64,000 nucleotides of DNA, taken from an uncultured Dehalococcoidia bacterium (lineage in GTDB: Bacteria; Chloroflexota; Dehalococcoidia; Lucifugimonadales; UBA826). Made by a program: the position numbers and the translations under genes. The first letter of the stretch is position 1. Each line of letters opens with the position of its first letter. This document shows positions 1 to 10,813 of this stretch, piece by piece. The notes below the pieces were generated by a model. It was not told the DNA's origin, made no database searches, and saw only the letters and a list, made by a program, of their open reading frames with translations. The stretch lies in assembly GCA_964343265.1 (NCBI GenBank), contig CAYFIW010000003.1:9688-73687 (forward strand), given 5' to 3'.

Positions 1-677
1 TGAGTGATGACCCTTCAATCTCTGTCCTTGAGATTGGCTGTGGTACGGGAAGGATAACTCTCCCACTTTCACAAATAGGTAACGACGTTACCGGTATGGA
101 TAACTCAAAGCATATGCTCGAAAAACTAAAAGATAAAATAGGTTCATATGACTGTACGCCAAAATTGACATTGAAAAACATGATTAACTTCGAATTTAAT
201 GAGAAATTCGATCTTGTAATAATTCCCTTCAGGGGATTTCAATCTCTTTTAAGTGTCAGAGAACAAGAACAATGCCTTGCGTCGATAAAAAATGTTTTAG
301 CTAACAATGGACGTCTGATCATAAATCTATTTGTACCAAGTCGAGATATGTTCGATCAAAAAGAAAACGTTAATTATTTAATAAAAGACGTTGAAAGCCT
401 AACCCCGAATAGAAGGTTCTCAATCAAACATCGAACTAGTTTTGAAAAAAGTACCCAAATCATTAACTCATCCATTAATTTAGAAACTTCAAGCAATACA
501 CAAATAATCAGTTCTCATTGGTTGAATTTCCAACTTAGATATTTGTATCCAATGGAAGCTGAATATCTTTTCCGCAATAACGGGTATGAACCGGTGGATT
601 TGATTGGAGACTATAGTGGAGGAGAATTCACACAGGATAGCGAAGATATGATTTGGACGCTCAAACCTATAAAGTAA
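1..677 (+). CDS. class I SAM-dependent methyltransferase (5' end lies outside the window)
   Basis: The frame of ORF 96..677 stays open back to nt 3. The extra residues read [22 protein letters not shown], which is SAM-binding motif I (E-x-G-x-G-x-G), so the Met at 96 is internal. Confidence 0.8.
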   Translation, partial: SDDPSISVLEIGCGTGRITLPLSQIGNDVTGMDNSKHMLEKLKDKIGSYDCTPKLTLKNMINFEFNEKFDLVIIPFRGFQSLLSVREQEQCLASIKNVLANNGRLIINLFVPSRDMFDQKENVNYLIKDVESLTPNRRFSIKHRTSFEKSTQIINSSINLETSSNTQIISSHWLNFQLRYLYPMEAEYLFRNNGYEPVDLIGDYSGGEFTQDSEDMIWTLKPIK

Positions 678-681
678 TGAT

Positions 682-2658
682 ATGCCTAAGTTCAAAATAG
701 CATCTGATTTTCAGCCCACAGGTGATCAACCTCACGCAATAGAATTACTCTCGTCCGGTGTAAAAGATGGGCTCACAGACCAAACTCTTTTAGGAGTTAC
801 TGGGAGCGGTAAAACTTTTACTATGGCCTGCATAGTAGAAGAGGTACAAAAACCTACTCTGGTTATAGCACACAACAAAACATTGGCTGCACAATTAGCG
901 ACAGAATTTAAGGAGTTTTTTCCGAACAATGCCGTTGAATACTTTGTCAGTTATTACGATTACTACCAACCAGAGGCTTACGTACCTCGTACCGACACGT
1001 ATATAGAAAAAGACGCGGATATTAATGATGAACTAGATAAGCTGCGTCATTCGGCCACAAGAGCCCTGTTAACTAGAAGAGACGTATTGATAGTAGCTTC
1101 AGTTTCCTGCATATTCGGGCTTGGATCACCAGAAGAATATCAGGGGTTCGTAGCATCTATTCAAAAAGGGGAATCTAGAAATCGGAGTAAACTCTCTAGA
1201 CAACTCGTCGACATGCAATACGAAAGAAATGACTTTGATCTCTCACGGGGTAAATTTAGAGTTAAGGGTGACACTTTAGAAATAATGCCAGCTTATGAAG
1301 AACTTGGAGTAAGGATAGAATTCTGGGGAGACGAAATTGAGCGAATTATGCAGATAGACCCATTAACTGGAGAAATACTTACGGAAAAAGACTTCGTCGA
1401 AATATATCCAGCTAAACACTTTGTGACCTCAGAAGAAAAACTCAATTTGGCAATCAAAGATATTCAAGAAGAATTGACTAGCCATCTAAAAAAACTAAAA
1501 GCAGAAGGTAAGCTACTTGAAGCTCAACGCCTTGAATCGCGAACCCAATATGATTTAGAGATGTTAGAAATGGCAGGCTATTGTGCAGGAGTAGAAAATT
1601 ATTCGAGACACCTTTCGCAAAGAGAAGCAGGTAGTACTCCCCACACTCTTTTGGACTACGTACCCGATGACTTCCTTCTTTTTGTGGATGAATCACACAT
1701 GACCCTCCCTCAAATAAGAGGTATGTATAAAGGAGATAAATCGAGAAAAGAGACTTTAGTGGAATATGGATTTAGACTCCCTTCGGCATTAGATAACAGA
1801 CCATTAAATTTCGAGGAATTTGAAAATCGTGTACACCAATCTATATACGTTTCAGCAACTCCAGGTCCTTACGAATTGGAGAAAAGTGGAAGCGTCGTAG
1901 AACAAATAATTCGTCCAACCGGACTTCTGGATCCACTCGTAGAAATAAAACCGGTCAACGGTCAGATCGATGATCTACTGGAACAAATACAAATACGTGT
2001 ATCTAATGGAGAAAGATGTCTCGTTACAACTCTAACTAAGAGAATGTCTGAAGAATTATCTGATTATTTGAAAGAAATAGGAATTAGAACTCATTATCTT
2101 CACTCTGAAATCGACACCCTAGAAAGAGTCGAGATTCTTAGAGACCTACGCCTTGGTATATACGACGTTGTAGTAGGTATAAATTTACTTCGGGAAGGCT
2201 TAGATCTTCCCGAAGTAAGCCTTGTTGCCATTTTAGATGCTGATAAGGAGGGATATCTGCGGTCATCTACTGCACTAACTCAAACGATTGGTAGGGCAGC
2301 TAGACATATAAATGGCAAAGTAATTATGTATGCTGACCGAATAACAGACTCTATGAAGCAATCTATAGGTGAAACAGAAAGAAGAAGAAAAGTACAGGAA
2401 ATTCATAATCGAGAGAATAGGATAACCCCTGAAGGAATTCAAAAAGCAATACACGACATTACGGAAAGAGTGAGAGAAATTGCCGCACCAGAAAAGGGGG
2501 ACTTGATTACCAGCCAAGACCTTCCTAAAGAAGATATTACAAGGTTGATCAAAGATCTTGAAACTCAAATGAAGCTTGCTTCTAAATCTCTAGAGTTTGA
2601 GAAGGCAGCCCTAATTAGAGATCAAATCGTTGACTTGAGGAAGGTTTTATCCGATTAA
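682..2658 (+). CDS. uvrB: excinuclease ABC subunit B
   Basis: 658 aa. Walker [11 protein letters not shown], helicase motif [13 protein letters not shown]-terminal UVR motif ([11 protein letters not shown]), typical UvrB length. Confidence 0.97.
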   Translation: MPKFKIASDFQPTGDQPHAIELLSSGVKDGLTDQTLLGVTGSGKTFTMACIVEEVQKPTLVIAHNKTLAAQLATEFKEFFPNNAVEYFVSYYDYYQPEAYVPRTDTYIEKDADINDELDKLRHSATRALLTRRDVLIVASVSCIFGLGSPEEYQGFVASIQKGESRNRSKLSRQLVDMQYERNDFDLSRGKFRVKGDTLEIMPAYEELGVRIEFWGDEIERIMQIDPLTGEILTEKDFVEIYPAKHFVTSEEKLNLAIKDIQEELTSHLKKLKAEGKLLEAQRLESRTQYDLEMLEMAGYCAGVENYSRHLSQREAGSTPHTLLDYVPDDFLLFVDESHMTLPQIRGMYKGDKSRKETLVEYGFRLPSALDNRPLNFEEFENRVHQSIYVSATPGPYELEKSGSVVEQIIRPTGLLDPLVEIKPVNGQIDDLLEQIQIRVSNGERCLVTTLTKRMSEELSDYLKEIGIRTHYLHSEIDTLERVEILRDLRLGIYDVVVGINLLREGLDLPEVSLVAILDADKEGYLRSSTALTQTIGRAARHINGKVIMYADRITDSMKQSIGETERRRKVQEIHNRENRITPEGIQKAIHDITERVREIAAPEKGDLITSQDLPKEDITRLIKDLETQMKLASKSLEFEKAALIRDQIVDLRKVLSD

Positions 2659-2664
2659 ATTAAA

Positions 2665-2694
2665 TTGACAGTCGTTTAACTAAATCGATACAAT
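2665..2694 (+). promoter_or_regulatory. sigma70-type promoter candidate for the DUF59-mrp pair
   Basis: TTGACA, about 18 nt spacer, then TACAAT, directly after the uvrB stop and about 65 nt upstream of the 2760 ATG. Confidence 0.45.
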
Positions 2695-2701
2695 CTATTC
2701 C

Positions 2702-2716
2702 TGACCATATTGGTCA
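2702..2716. promoter_or_regulatory. perfect 6-3-6 inverted repeat TGACCA-TAT-TGGTCA (candidate operator)
   Basis: The palindrome starts about 8 nt after the putative -10, which is where a repressor site would sit. Confidence 0.3.
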
Positions 2717-2759
2717 ACATCGGCCAGTAATATAACCATACAAATACTAGGATAAAGTA

Positions 2760-3074
2760 ATGTCCCAATCTGCAACCGTAACTAAAGACGAGGTTCTTGA
2801 AGCGTTAAGAGATGTATATGACCCAGAAATTCCTGTTAATATCGTCGATCTAGGACTCGTGTACGAAGTTGATGTGGATGATGGAGATGTGGACGTTCAA
2901 ATGACTCTAACATTTGCTGGCTGCGGCATGGGACCGTACATTGCGCAACAAGCAGAGTGGCGTTTGGCAGAGCTTGAAGGAATCGAAGACATAAATGTTG
3001 ACCTTGTATTTGACCCTCCTTGGACTCCTGAAATGATTACAGAGGAAGGTAAAAAACTACTCGGACTTGACTAG
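2760..3074 (+). CDS. DUF59/MIP18-family Fe-S cluster assembly factor (SufT/PaaD-like)
   Basis: 104 aa. DPEIPVNIVDLGLVY core and a conserved Cys in TFAGCGMG. Adjacent to an Mrp/ApbC gene. Confidence 0.85.
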   Translation: MSQSATVTKDEVLEALRDVYDPEIPVNIVDLGLVYEVDVDDGDVDVQMTLTFAGCGMGPYIAQQAEWRLAELEGIEDINVDLVFDPPWTPEMITEEGKKLLGLD

Positions 3075-3125
3075 GACACCATATCACTTTAGTCGAAATC
3101 GTCTGAAATACTACTGGAGATCCCT

Positions 3126-3932
3126 ATGAGTCAGCAAAACCCTGCTCAAGCTCGTGCCCGTATAGAATCTATGAAGCGCCAATTCGAGCAAAAGCGTCAA
3201 ATAGACGAAGCTCTGTCCGGGATAAAATGTAAAATTGGTGTTTACAGTGGGAAAGGCGGTGTTGGTAAAACAACCGTAGCTGTAAATCTCGCAGCTACCC
3301 TTGCAAATGATGGATCCAAAGTGGGTATTTTGGACATTGATATTGACTGTCCAAATGTAGTGAGGGCAATTAATTTATCAGATCAACCTCAAATCAACGA
3401 ATCAAAAAAAATGATTCCGCCAGAAAAATTCGGGATCAAGGTTATGTCAATGGCATTCTTTCAGGAGAATGAAGATGAGGCCATTATATGGCGTGGACCT
3501 ATGATTCATAATGCAATAAATCAAATGTTGCAGTCCACCGAATGGAATGACTTAGACTACCTAATTGTAGATTTACCTCCAGGAACGTCAGACGCCCCTC
3601 TAACAATAATGCAAGTACTAACTATGGACGGATTTGTAGTTGTAACAACCCCACAAGAGCTAGCGAAGATAGATGCTAAACGTAGTATAAACATGGTGAG
3701 GAAGTTACAAGTCAATGTTTTGGGAGTAGTTGAAAACATGTCAGGCGGTGTTTTCGGCAGTGGGGCAGGCATGGAAATAGCTGAAGAATTAGATATTCCT
3801 TATTTAGGAAGCATAGGATTAAGGCCCGATTATCAGGACACCTCAAAGCCCACATCATTGATCAACAACGAAATTCTAGATGAGTATAGAGGAATATCTT
3901 CGAAGGCACTAACTACTTTGGGACATGGCTAG
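3126..3932 (+). CDS. Mrp/NBP35/ApbC-family Fe-S cluster carrier ATPase
   Basis: Deviant Walker A GKGGVGKTTVAVNLA, a DLPPGTSD segment and a VVENMS segment. 268 aa. Confidence 0.9.
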   Translation: MSQQNPAQARARIESMKRQFEQKRQIDEALSGIKCKIGVYSGKGGVGKTTVAVNLAATLANDGSKVGILDIDIDCPNVVRAINLSDQPQINESKKMIPPEKFGIKVMSMAFFQENEDEAIIWRGPMIHNAINQMLQSTEWNDLDYLIVDLPPGTSDAPLTIMQVLTMDGFVVVTTPQELAKIDAKRSINMVRKLQVNVLGVVENMSGGVFGSGAGMEIAEELDIPYLGSIGLRPDYQDTSKPTSLINNEILDEYRGISSKALTTLGHG

Positions 3933-3968
3933 ACCTACTTCTCAAAAAAGCAGCTAGTATATTTAGCT

Positions 3969-5573
3969 TTACTGGCCAGCAACACCCAAAACTATCTGTT
4001 TTAGTTTTTCGTTGAGATCTTTTTCAACATTCACGCGTACTATTTTTTTACCAGACTTAAGAAGAACATCAAGGTCACCGTCAGCCTGAGCCTTTATAAG
4101 CTCATTAAAATTATAATCTCGTCCAGAAAGATCAAGGTTTTCTGGGATTCCATCATCAATTAGCTGTATGAATTTACCTGTTCTGGGACCACCTTTATGA
4201 AATTGTCCTGTCGAATGTAAATAAGCAGGACCAAAAGCATATGTCACTGGGATAGCAAACATATTCATCAATTTATACTTAAATTCCTCCAAAGCTGACT
4301 CAACAAAATCACTTGGGGCTAAATATGCCAATATTGCTATATAGTCCTTATCAATTAGGCCATCTAGCATCTCCTTTACAGAACTAATCTCACTAGATTG
4401 TATCTTTTTCCCTGCTTCTTTATTCCCTAAAAAGACTCTTGAAGAAGCTTTAGATTCCTCTACTTGAGGCTGGTCGAAAGGGTTAACTCCAATAAGCGAA
4501 CCTAAAACAGCTGTTGCAACCTCCCATTTCATAATCTCCCTACCAAATTCCTTCCCATCAGTAATTTTACAAGTTAGAGATTCTAAAAGCTCTATGTCGT
4601 TCCCAAAAATATCGCTGTCTGAAACTGTGTCATACCTGTGATTTTTGGGGCTATTATCATTAATATAAATAGTAGAACAGTGATTTTTCAAAAAATGATA
4701 GGTCTTATTTTTAGACCCAATTACCGGAAAGATGCCTTTACCTGATTTTCCCAGGCTCTCAGCCAATAATTGTTCAATCCATGATGAAAAGCAAGTAAGT
4801 GATTCATCTGGAACCAACAGTGCAGTAGGACGCTTATTTTTTAAAGATTCAACTAAAAAATTGATTAATACGAACAAATCATTCTCATGATCATTGGCAA
4901 TAAATCTGTTTTTTGCCTCCAAGGCACCTTCAAGTATTTTTTTTATGTCAACTCCTTGAAAAGCGGCGGGATACAAACCAAAAGGAGTGAGAACTGAATA
5001 TCTACCACCTACGTCTCTATACCCATGAATTACGTCTCTAAATGAAAGTTCAACAGCCATTTTTTCTAACGGTGAACCAGGATCAGTAATCGCCACAAAT
5101 CTGCTCCCGACATCCATTTCGTTTTTATACTTCCTTACAAAATCATAGAAGTACTCAGACAGATTTAAAGTTTCTACTGTGGATCCAGACTTGGACGAAA
5201 CGACAAAAAGTGTTTTATCAACTTCAATTTTTTCCTGGAGGCGCAATATTGTCTCAGGATGAGTGGAATCGATGAATGATACGAGGGAATCTTTGCAAAT
5301 ATCAGAGAATTGAATAATAGATCTAGCCCCAAGGGTACTCCCGCCCTGCCCTATCACTATCAAATTTTTAAACTCCGTCCTGAGAGAGTCTATTGAAGAA
5401 TATAATCGATCGTATTGTTCTATCATTCTTTCCGGAGCGTCAATCCATCCAAGTGGGATGTCTGATATGGATTCAGACGATGGCCACAAAGATGTATCTC
5501 TATCAAATAGTCCATCGACTATTCGATGTATCAGACTGGCGTCTGAGCGAACCGAGCAGTAATCGGGCTCCAT
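3969..5573 (-). CDS. pgi: glucose-6-phosphate isomerase
   Basis: 534 aa. SIS motifs IGQGGSTLGARS and SSKSGSTVET. 19 nt downstream of tal on the same strand. Confidence 0.88.
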   Translation of the reverse strand: MEPDYCSVRSDASLIHRIVDGLFDRDTSLWPSSESISDIPLGWIDAPERMIEQYDRLYSSIDSLRTEFKNLIVIGQGGSTLGARSIIQFSDICKDSLVSFIDSTHPETILRLQEKIEVDKTLFVVSSKSGSTVETLNLSEYFYDFVRKYKNEMDVGSRFVAITDPGSPLEKMAVELSFRDVIHGYRDVGGRYSVLTPFGLYPAAFQGVDIKKILEGALEAKNRFIANDHENDLFVLINFLVESLKNKRPTALLVPDESLTCFSSWIEQLLAESLGKSGKGIFPVIGSKNKTYHFLKNHCSTIYINDNSPKNHRYDTVSDSDIFGNDIELLESLTCKITDGKEFGREIMKWEVATAVLGSLIGVNPFDQPQVEESKASSRVFLGNKEAGKKIQSSEISSVKEMLDGLIDKDYIAILAYLAPSDFVESALEEFKYKLMNMFAIPVTYAFGPAYLHSTGQFHKGGPRTGKFIQLIDDGIPENLDLSGRDYNFNELIKAQADGDLDVLLKSGKKIVRVNVEKDLNEKLKQIVLGVAGQ

Positions 5574-5592
5574 CCAGTTTTCCTAGCAATTA

Positions 5593-6708
5593 CTACTTAG
5601 ATTCTGTCAGTAAAGATTTTCGCTTCGCCGAAATATTATGTATCAGGTTATCAAAAGAATCTGCAAACTGCTTTACCCCAGCCTCAACCAGCAGATCCGT
5701 TATTTCGTTCAAGTTTATCCCCGAATTCCTTATAAGATTTAGGTGCGCTATGGCTTCATCTACACTCTTTTCTATCGTGGATCTAGGAGACCCATGATCG
5801 TTATAAGCCTCTAGAGTGGCGTCTGGCATCGTTGTCACAGTATCTGGCCCTATCAATTCTTCTACGTATAACACATCACTGAAGTCCGGGTTCTTAGTGC
5901 TCGTACTAGCCCACAATGGCCTTTGCACTTTTGCACCTACAGACTTCAATGATCCAAACCTATCAGAATTAAAACTTCTCTGAAAATCTCGATAGGCAAC
6001 TTTGGCATTTGCGATAGCAGTTTTTCCTATTAAGTCTTTTTTATCAGGCAGATCCTTAGTGAGTATGGTATCAACTGCTGTATCTACCCTGCTTACAAAA
6101 AAAGAGGCAACTGACGATACTTTCGAACAATCTCCTCCAGCAGCATGAAGTTTTTCCAATCCTGATATGTAAGCCTCTCTAACTTCAGAATAAGCTTCAG
6201 AAGAAAAAATTAAAGTGACATTTACGTTGATACCTTCAGATATTAAGGTTTCTATTGCGGGTATGCCTGCCTTAGTACCAGGTACCTTTATCATTAAATT
6301 TGGCCTATCAACATCAATAAACAATCTTCTAGCTTCTCTAATTGTGGCATCCGTATCGTTTGCCAAATGCGGGTTTACCTCTAAAGACACAAACCCATTT
6401 TCACCATTTGTGAGTTGATATTGAGACATTAATACATCTGCAGCCGATCTGATATCTGTTATTGCAATAGCTTCATAAACATCAATATCAGAAACATCCC
6501 CATGATTGAAATTAGAAATGTCCGAGTCATAAATAGAACTCGAAGCAACAGCCTTTTCAAAAATAGATGGATTTGAAGTTAAACCTTTCACGCCACTTGA
6601 TACTATTTCAGCCAGTTGTCCGTCTTGAATAAGCTCGCGGCTTATATTGTCGTACCAGACCGATTGTCCTAATTCACTAAGTTTATTCAATACACTAGAT
6701 TCAGTCAT
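5593..6708 (-). CDS. tal: transaldolase (long type)
   Basis: SNPSIF and KVPGT motifs. I prefer the ATG at 6708, which has GGAG about 7 nt upstream, over the ORF-track TTG at 6720. Confidence 0.88.
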   Translation of the reverse strand: MTESSVLNKLSELGQSVWYDNISRELIQDGQLAEIVSSGVKGLTSNPSIFEKAVASSSIYDSDISNFNHGDVSDIDVYEAIAITDIRSAADVLMSQYQLTNGENGFVSLEVNPHLANDTDATIREARRLFIDVDRPNLMIKVPGTKAGIPAIETLISEGINVNVTLIFSSEAYSEVREAYISGLEKLHAAGGDCSKVSSVASFFVSRVDTAVDTILTKDLPDKKDLIGKTAIANAKVAYRDFQRSFNSDRFGSLKSVGAKVQRPLWASTSTKNPDFSDVLYVEELIGPDTVTTMPDATLEAYNDHGSPRSTIEKSVDEAIAHLNLIRNSGINLNEITDLLVEAGVKQFADSFDNLIHNISAKRKSLLTESK

Positions 6709-6872
6709 GAAGATCTCCAAATCGAAACTGATATTCCAAATTTTTTTTTTGATGACTTAAATATTAGCATTTGACTGCTACTGTTAGGGTAGAACCAACC
6801 CTTCCACTATTTGAGATGAGCATTTAATGAATTAAATAAATATTCACCAAATCTACAATTCATCTTGATTAT

Positions 6873-9800
6873 CTACATAGTCAGGCGACGATAAAGCACC
6901 AATAACCTTTCAGGAAGATCATTTATGTCTTCTAAGATTTCATATCCCATATCAGAACACATCGTTTTCAGATAATCATGTCCATTCTTATCAACAGTAA
7001 GGCAAAAGGAATTAATCCCCTTCGCCTTTGCTTCGTCAAGTGCCATCCTCGTGTCATGAACGGCATACTCTTTTTCGACGCCCTCCCTACTGTATCCTCT
7101 ATCCTGAGGTCGACCGTCACTTATTAAGAATAATATTTTTGTTCTAGCATCTGTCTGATCGAGTTTATGCGCTGTATGTCTTATGGCTGGCCCCATTCTG
7201 GTTGCATGTAATGGAGCAATCCTATCTATCCTTTTCTTAACCCTATCAGTAAAATTTTCCTGCAAGTCCTTGATCGTATAAAACTCCACGTTTTCACGTC
7301 CATAACCTGAAAATCCGTAAATACCATAGAGGTCGCCAATAGCCTCTAGAGCGTTTATCAATAGAACCATTGACTCTTTCTCAACATCGATTATCCTCTT
7401 GTAGGATCTCCTCATCTGCTCCCCTCGCCTCGTTCTCAACCAAACCATATATTCGACCGGGTCGTCAGGAGCGTCCCAGTCATCTTGATTTTTCTTTCCT
7501 TCATCTATTGCCTCAGCAGTAGATGCACTGGTATCTAGAAGAAAAGCAACCGCGACATCACGTTGTACTTTGTTACGACGCCAATAAAATTTCTCGTCAG
7601 GACTATTTCCAGTCTTGATGTCAATCATATTTTCGATAACATCATCTATATCAATATCTTCCCCATCAATCAATTTTCTTTCTTTTCTGAACATCTCTGG
7701 AACCATCATTTCAAATTGACGCCTGATTCGTGTTACCAATGTTCCATACTCGTGAAGTGTGGTTCCAAAGTAACCGCCGTCTCCCTCTTGCATAGTCTTT
7801 TGTCGCACTATGCACCATCTGGGTTTGTAGTCATCTGCCCTGAAGTCCCATTCATCGTAAACAAAAGTTTCAGGCTCTACGGAATCTAGCTCCCCACCTT
7901 CTTCATCTACGTGCACAAATGGACCCTGAGAATTATCAGGAGATTGAGGTATATCAGCTCCCGCTTCTTTAATAATGTTATCCGCAAACATACCACTTGA
8001 TTCTTGAATCTCACCCTGCATCGCTTGAAGATCCAATTCAGCGCTATTTTCGAGTAGTTCTTTTAGTTGTTCTTGTGTAAGAGGTTCACCTTCAGCCTGT
8101 CCCATTTGATCTTGTTGTTGCATTCTTAGTTCTGTCATAAGTTGGGCTAATTCCGGCTTGAAATCTCCTCTGTAATCCACATCCTGTATGGACTCATATT
8201 CTTCCTCTCCCTCAGGTCGGAGTTCCATCTCCATTCCGAGACCAATTTGCTGAAGAAGTTGTTCCATATCATCCGGATCAACATATTCTTCTTCGTCCTC
8301 ATCCTCAAAATCCATATCATTCCAATCTTCAGGAGGAATTTCTTCGTTAGGGATACTAGAAATAATTGCATATATCCTTAGAGAAGCCTCTGCGGCATCT
8401 TCAACGGTGGCTTCTGACACCAAAACCCTTCTTGCAATTGTTGCCACTTTTTTAGCTTCCTCAGCAAATTTGACAGGAGCAGCTACACCTTCATACTGCT
8501 GCAAACTAAGCCTAACCATGAATTCAACCATAGCTTCTCTAGCCGGCAGTTCTTTAATATCAGGCCTATTTTCGTGGGAATCCTGTTGGACTTGTACATA
8601 GGATGATTTTATTCCCGGATATTCATTTTTTACTCTTGCATCCAACCTTCCATCTTCAACCACAGTAAAAATATCCAATGCTAATTTGCGATCCTCAAAC
8701 AGATCGAAAAAACGCTGCATATCCGTCAGCCAAGCTCTTTCAATCCCAGAATCCATCAATCCTTCACTATCTTCATCAAGTCCCTCTAATAGATTATCTG
8801 GGTCATCTTCTTGACCCAGATAATCCCTATTCTTTAGATCAACAGCTTCAAATCTTTTTGATTCCAAAGTAGCCCTGAGATCGTCAAATAATTTTGAAGA
8901 CTCATCAAACTCGAAACTAAAACTCCCAAATTCAAGATGCGCGACCTGATGTGTAGATACAACTTTAAACCAAGAAAAATTTTCGTCCTTGGATTGATAT
9001 CTATCGACCACCGTAGGAACAAAGACAGTTGATCCCTCTGTTGTGGGTGACTCATTAGAAACCCAACCTATATTCTTCTCAACAAGATCCCCAGTCTGTG
9101 CCAGTTTTATTTCCGCTCCCGCCAATCCCCTACAATACATTTCCATAACTGACTTGATTCTATCGAATTCTATGCCACTCGAAAGTGATTCGATGACATT
9201 CTCTGAATGGGCAGATTCTATTTTAAAAAATGCCAACCCACCATCTTTGTTTTGTTCAAGAACATGAAGTCCCTCTTCATACCATCGACCCAATTGAACA
9301 ATCGTAAGTTTATCTAAGACATTTGGGGCGGATTTAATGAATTCTGGCATAGCCAAAGGCTCTTTCTTGACTAAATCTTCAGATAATCCAAGAACGATAC
9401 TATGGTAATTATCATCGAGTTCTGACAATGCCTGGGAAATATCCAGCATAGTCCCTGGAATATTTGTACCCCCATTACGTACTAAATTCTCTGCTAACTC
9501 CATGAATCTAAGTCTTTGGTCTGAATCGATTCTTGGCAAAGCTTTAGCTCCAGCCTCAAAAAAACTTTTTACCTCACGCCAGCCCGTTTCCACCAAGGTA
9601 CTTGCGAGAGATAAAAAAGCATCTTTATCATCACCAACTAGAGGGAAAATCTCCTCACCGAGAACGAGGCATTCAGAAGAAAGATCATAGGATCGATGAG
9701 ATAGAGAATCAAGAAATGCCGAAAATCTCTCGAGTTCTTGAAAAGTTAAACTGTCTAGAAGAGAAGAACTATGGGCGAAAAACCTACATGCTAAAGTACT

Positions 9801-10217
9801 AGATTTCCACGTACCTTTGTAAAGACCATCGCCAAGGCCAGCCCAACTTTCTATATGTCTGGACCTGAGTTTACTCATTACACCTGGACTAGCCTCGTAA
9901 TATGCAGAAGCTAAAGTTGGTGACTCTTCACACAATTTGACACCGCATTCCATCCATTTTTCAAAGTAGCTATATGGCATGCAAGTTAGTACAGAAGAAC
10001 TTACTTTGTAAAAATGAGCAGCAGCCTCCCACGATCTGACAGTTTGATTCGCAATAGTTACCCCCGTCTTAGCCCAAGACACAAGTTGGTCATCAGATAA
10101 GGCAGAGGGCATCTTTTTGGAAGCGCGTTCGAACTGCTCAAGCACTTGAGGTGGGAATTTTTCCAATTCAGGCTTCAACCCGGTCAATATTTCAGGAAAT
10201 TTTGCTGCCACGATCAC
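6873..10217 (-). CDS. CbbO/NorD-like von Willebrand factor A (VWA) protein, 1114 aa
   Basis: C-terminal VWA domain with a MIDAS start (VAFLLDTSASTAE). YDEWDF...KPRWCIV region typical of NorD/CbbO. Long acidic linker. Encoded downstream of a CbbQ/NorQ ATPase. Confidence 0.85.
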   Translation of the reverse strand: MIVAAKFPEILTGLKPELEKFPPQVLEQFERASKKMPSALSDDQLVSWAKTGVTIANQTVRSWEAAAHFYKVSSSVLTCMPYSYFEKWMECGVKLCEESPTLASAYYEASPGVMSKLRSRHIESWAGLGDGLYKGTWKSSTLACRFFAHSSSLLDSLTFQELERFSAFLDSLSHRSYDLSSECLVLGEEIFPLVGDDKDAFLSLASTLVETGWREVKSFFEAGAKALPRIDSDQRLRFMELAENLVRNGGTNIPGTMLDISQALSELDDNYHSIVLGLSEDLVKKEPLAMPEFIKSAPNVLDKLTIVQLGRWYEEGLHVLEQNKDGGLAFFKIESAHSENVIESLSSGIEFDRIKSVMEMYCRGLAGAEIKLAQTGDLVEKNIGWVSNESPTTEGSTVFVPTVVDRYQSKDENFSWFKVVSTHQVAHLEFGSFSFEFDESSKLFDDLRATLESKRFEAVDLKNRDYLGQEDDPDNLLEGLDEDSEGLMDSGIERAWLTDMQRFFDLFEDRKLALDIFTVVEDGRLDARVKNEYPGIKSSYVQVQQDSHENRPDIKELPAREAMVEFMVRLSLQQYEGVAAPVKFAEEAKKVATIARRVLVSEATVEDAAEASLRIYAIISSIPNEEIPPEDWNDMDFEDEDEEEYVDPDDMEQLLQQIGLGMEMELRPEGEEEYESIQDVDYRGDFKPELAQLMTELRMQQQDQMGQAEGEPLTQEQLKELLENSAELDLQAMQGEIQESSGMFADNIIKEAGADIPQSPDNSQGPFVHVDEEGGELDSVEPETFVYDEWDFRADDYKPRWCIVRQKTMQEGDGGYFGTTLHEYGTLVTRIRRQFEMMVPEMFRKERKLIDGEDIDIDDVIENMIDIKTGNSPDEKFYWRRNKVQRDVAVAFLLDTSASTAEAIDEGKKNQDDWDAPDDPVEYMVWLRTRRGEQMRRSYKRIIDVEKESMVLLINALEAIGDLYGIYGFSGYGRENVEFYTIKDLQENFTDRVKKRIDRIAPLHATRMGPAIRHTAHKLDQTDARTKILFLISDGRPQDRGYSREGVEKEYAVHDTRMALDEAKAKGINSFCLTVDKNGHDYLKTMCSDMGYEILEDINDLPERLLVLYRRLTM

Positions 10218-10231
10218 TCCTTTGGGAAAAA

Positions 10232-10804
10232 CTATCTCACGGAACCGATCAATTTAGAAAAATGATCTAACATTCTGGCTGTCGCTCCAAAAACTACGTT
10301 TCCATCAAAAACATAGTTGGTCGATTTCAGAGCATACTTTTTACTCAATCTAACCTCATCCCTTCTATGATCATCTGAAAATAGGCATTCGATGGGCATT
10401 TCTAATATCGAGTCAACTTCAGCGCTAATTATAAAATTGCAATGAGGCTGAATGATCCCCACGTACGGTCTCACTAAAAACCCTGTAGTCGTAGTGACTT
10501 CATCAATATGACCTAACACTTCAATATTTTTAGTTACTATTCCAATTTCCTCTTGGGTTTCTCTCAAGGCAGTATCCAAAAGAGTGTCATCACATGGCTC
10601 TTTTTTTCCACCAGGAAAACAGATTTCTCCTTTATGATGTCCCACATTCATGGATCTTCTGGTAAGGATCATTTTGAGGTTGTCCTTCTCAGCACTCAAG
10701 AGTAACATTACCGCACACTCTCTGAGTCCATGTCCTTTATATGTCTTCCCTCTGGTTATCTGCAAACCCTTCCGGATGTCATTTAAATACAGTATTTTGA
10801 CCAC
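10232..10804 (-). CDS. Nudix hydrolase, CoA pyrophosphatase-like
   Basis: Nudix box GGKKEPCDDTLLDTALRETQEEIGI, preceded by ILTRRSMNVGHHKGEICFPGG. That segment fits the CoA-type Nudix signature LLTxR[SA]x3[RK]x3Gx3FPGG at all but one position. Confidence 0.78.
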   Translation of the reverse strand: MVKILYLNDIRKGLQITRGKTYKGHGLRECAVMLLLSAEKDNLKMILTRRSMNVGHHKGEICFPGGKKEPCDDTLLDTALRETQEEIGIVTKNIEVLGHIDEVTTTTGFLVRPYVGIIQPHCNFIISAEVDSILEMPIECLFSDDHRRDEVRLSKKYALKSTNYVFDGNVVFGATARMLDHFSKLIGSVR

Positions 10805-10813
10805 CAGAAAGCT

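Noticed and set aside
6741-6750. T10 homopolymer in the spacer upstream of tal (A10 on the coding strand), considered as a phase-variation tract.
   Set aside because: It sits in an AT-rich promoter/leader, where A-tracts are common (UP-element-like). There is no evidence of length variation from a single sequence.
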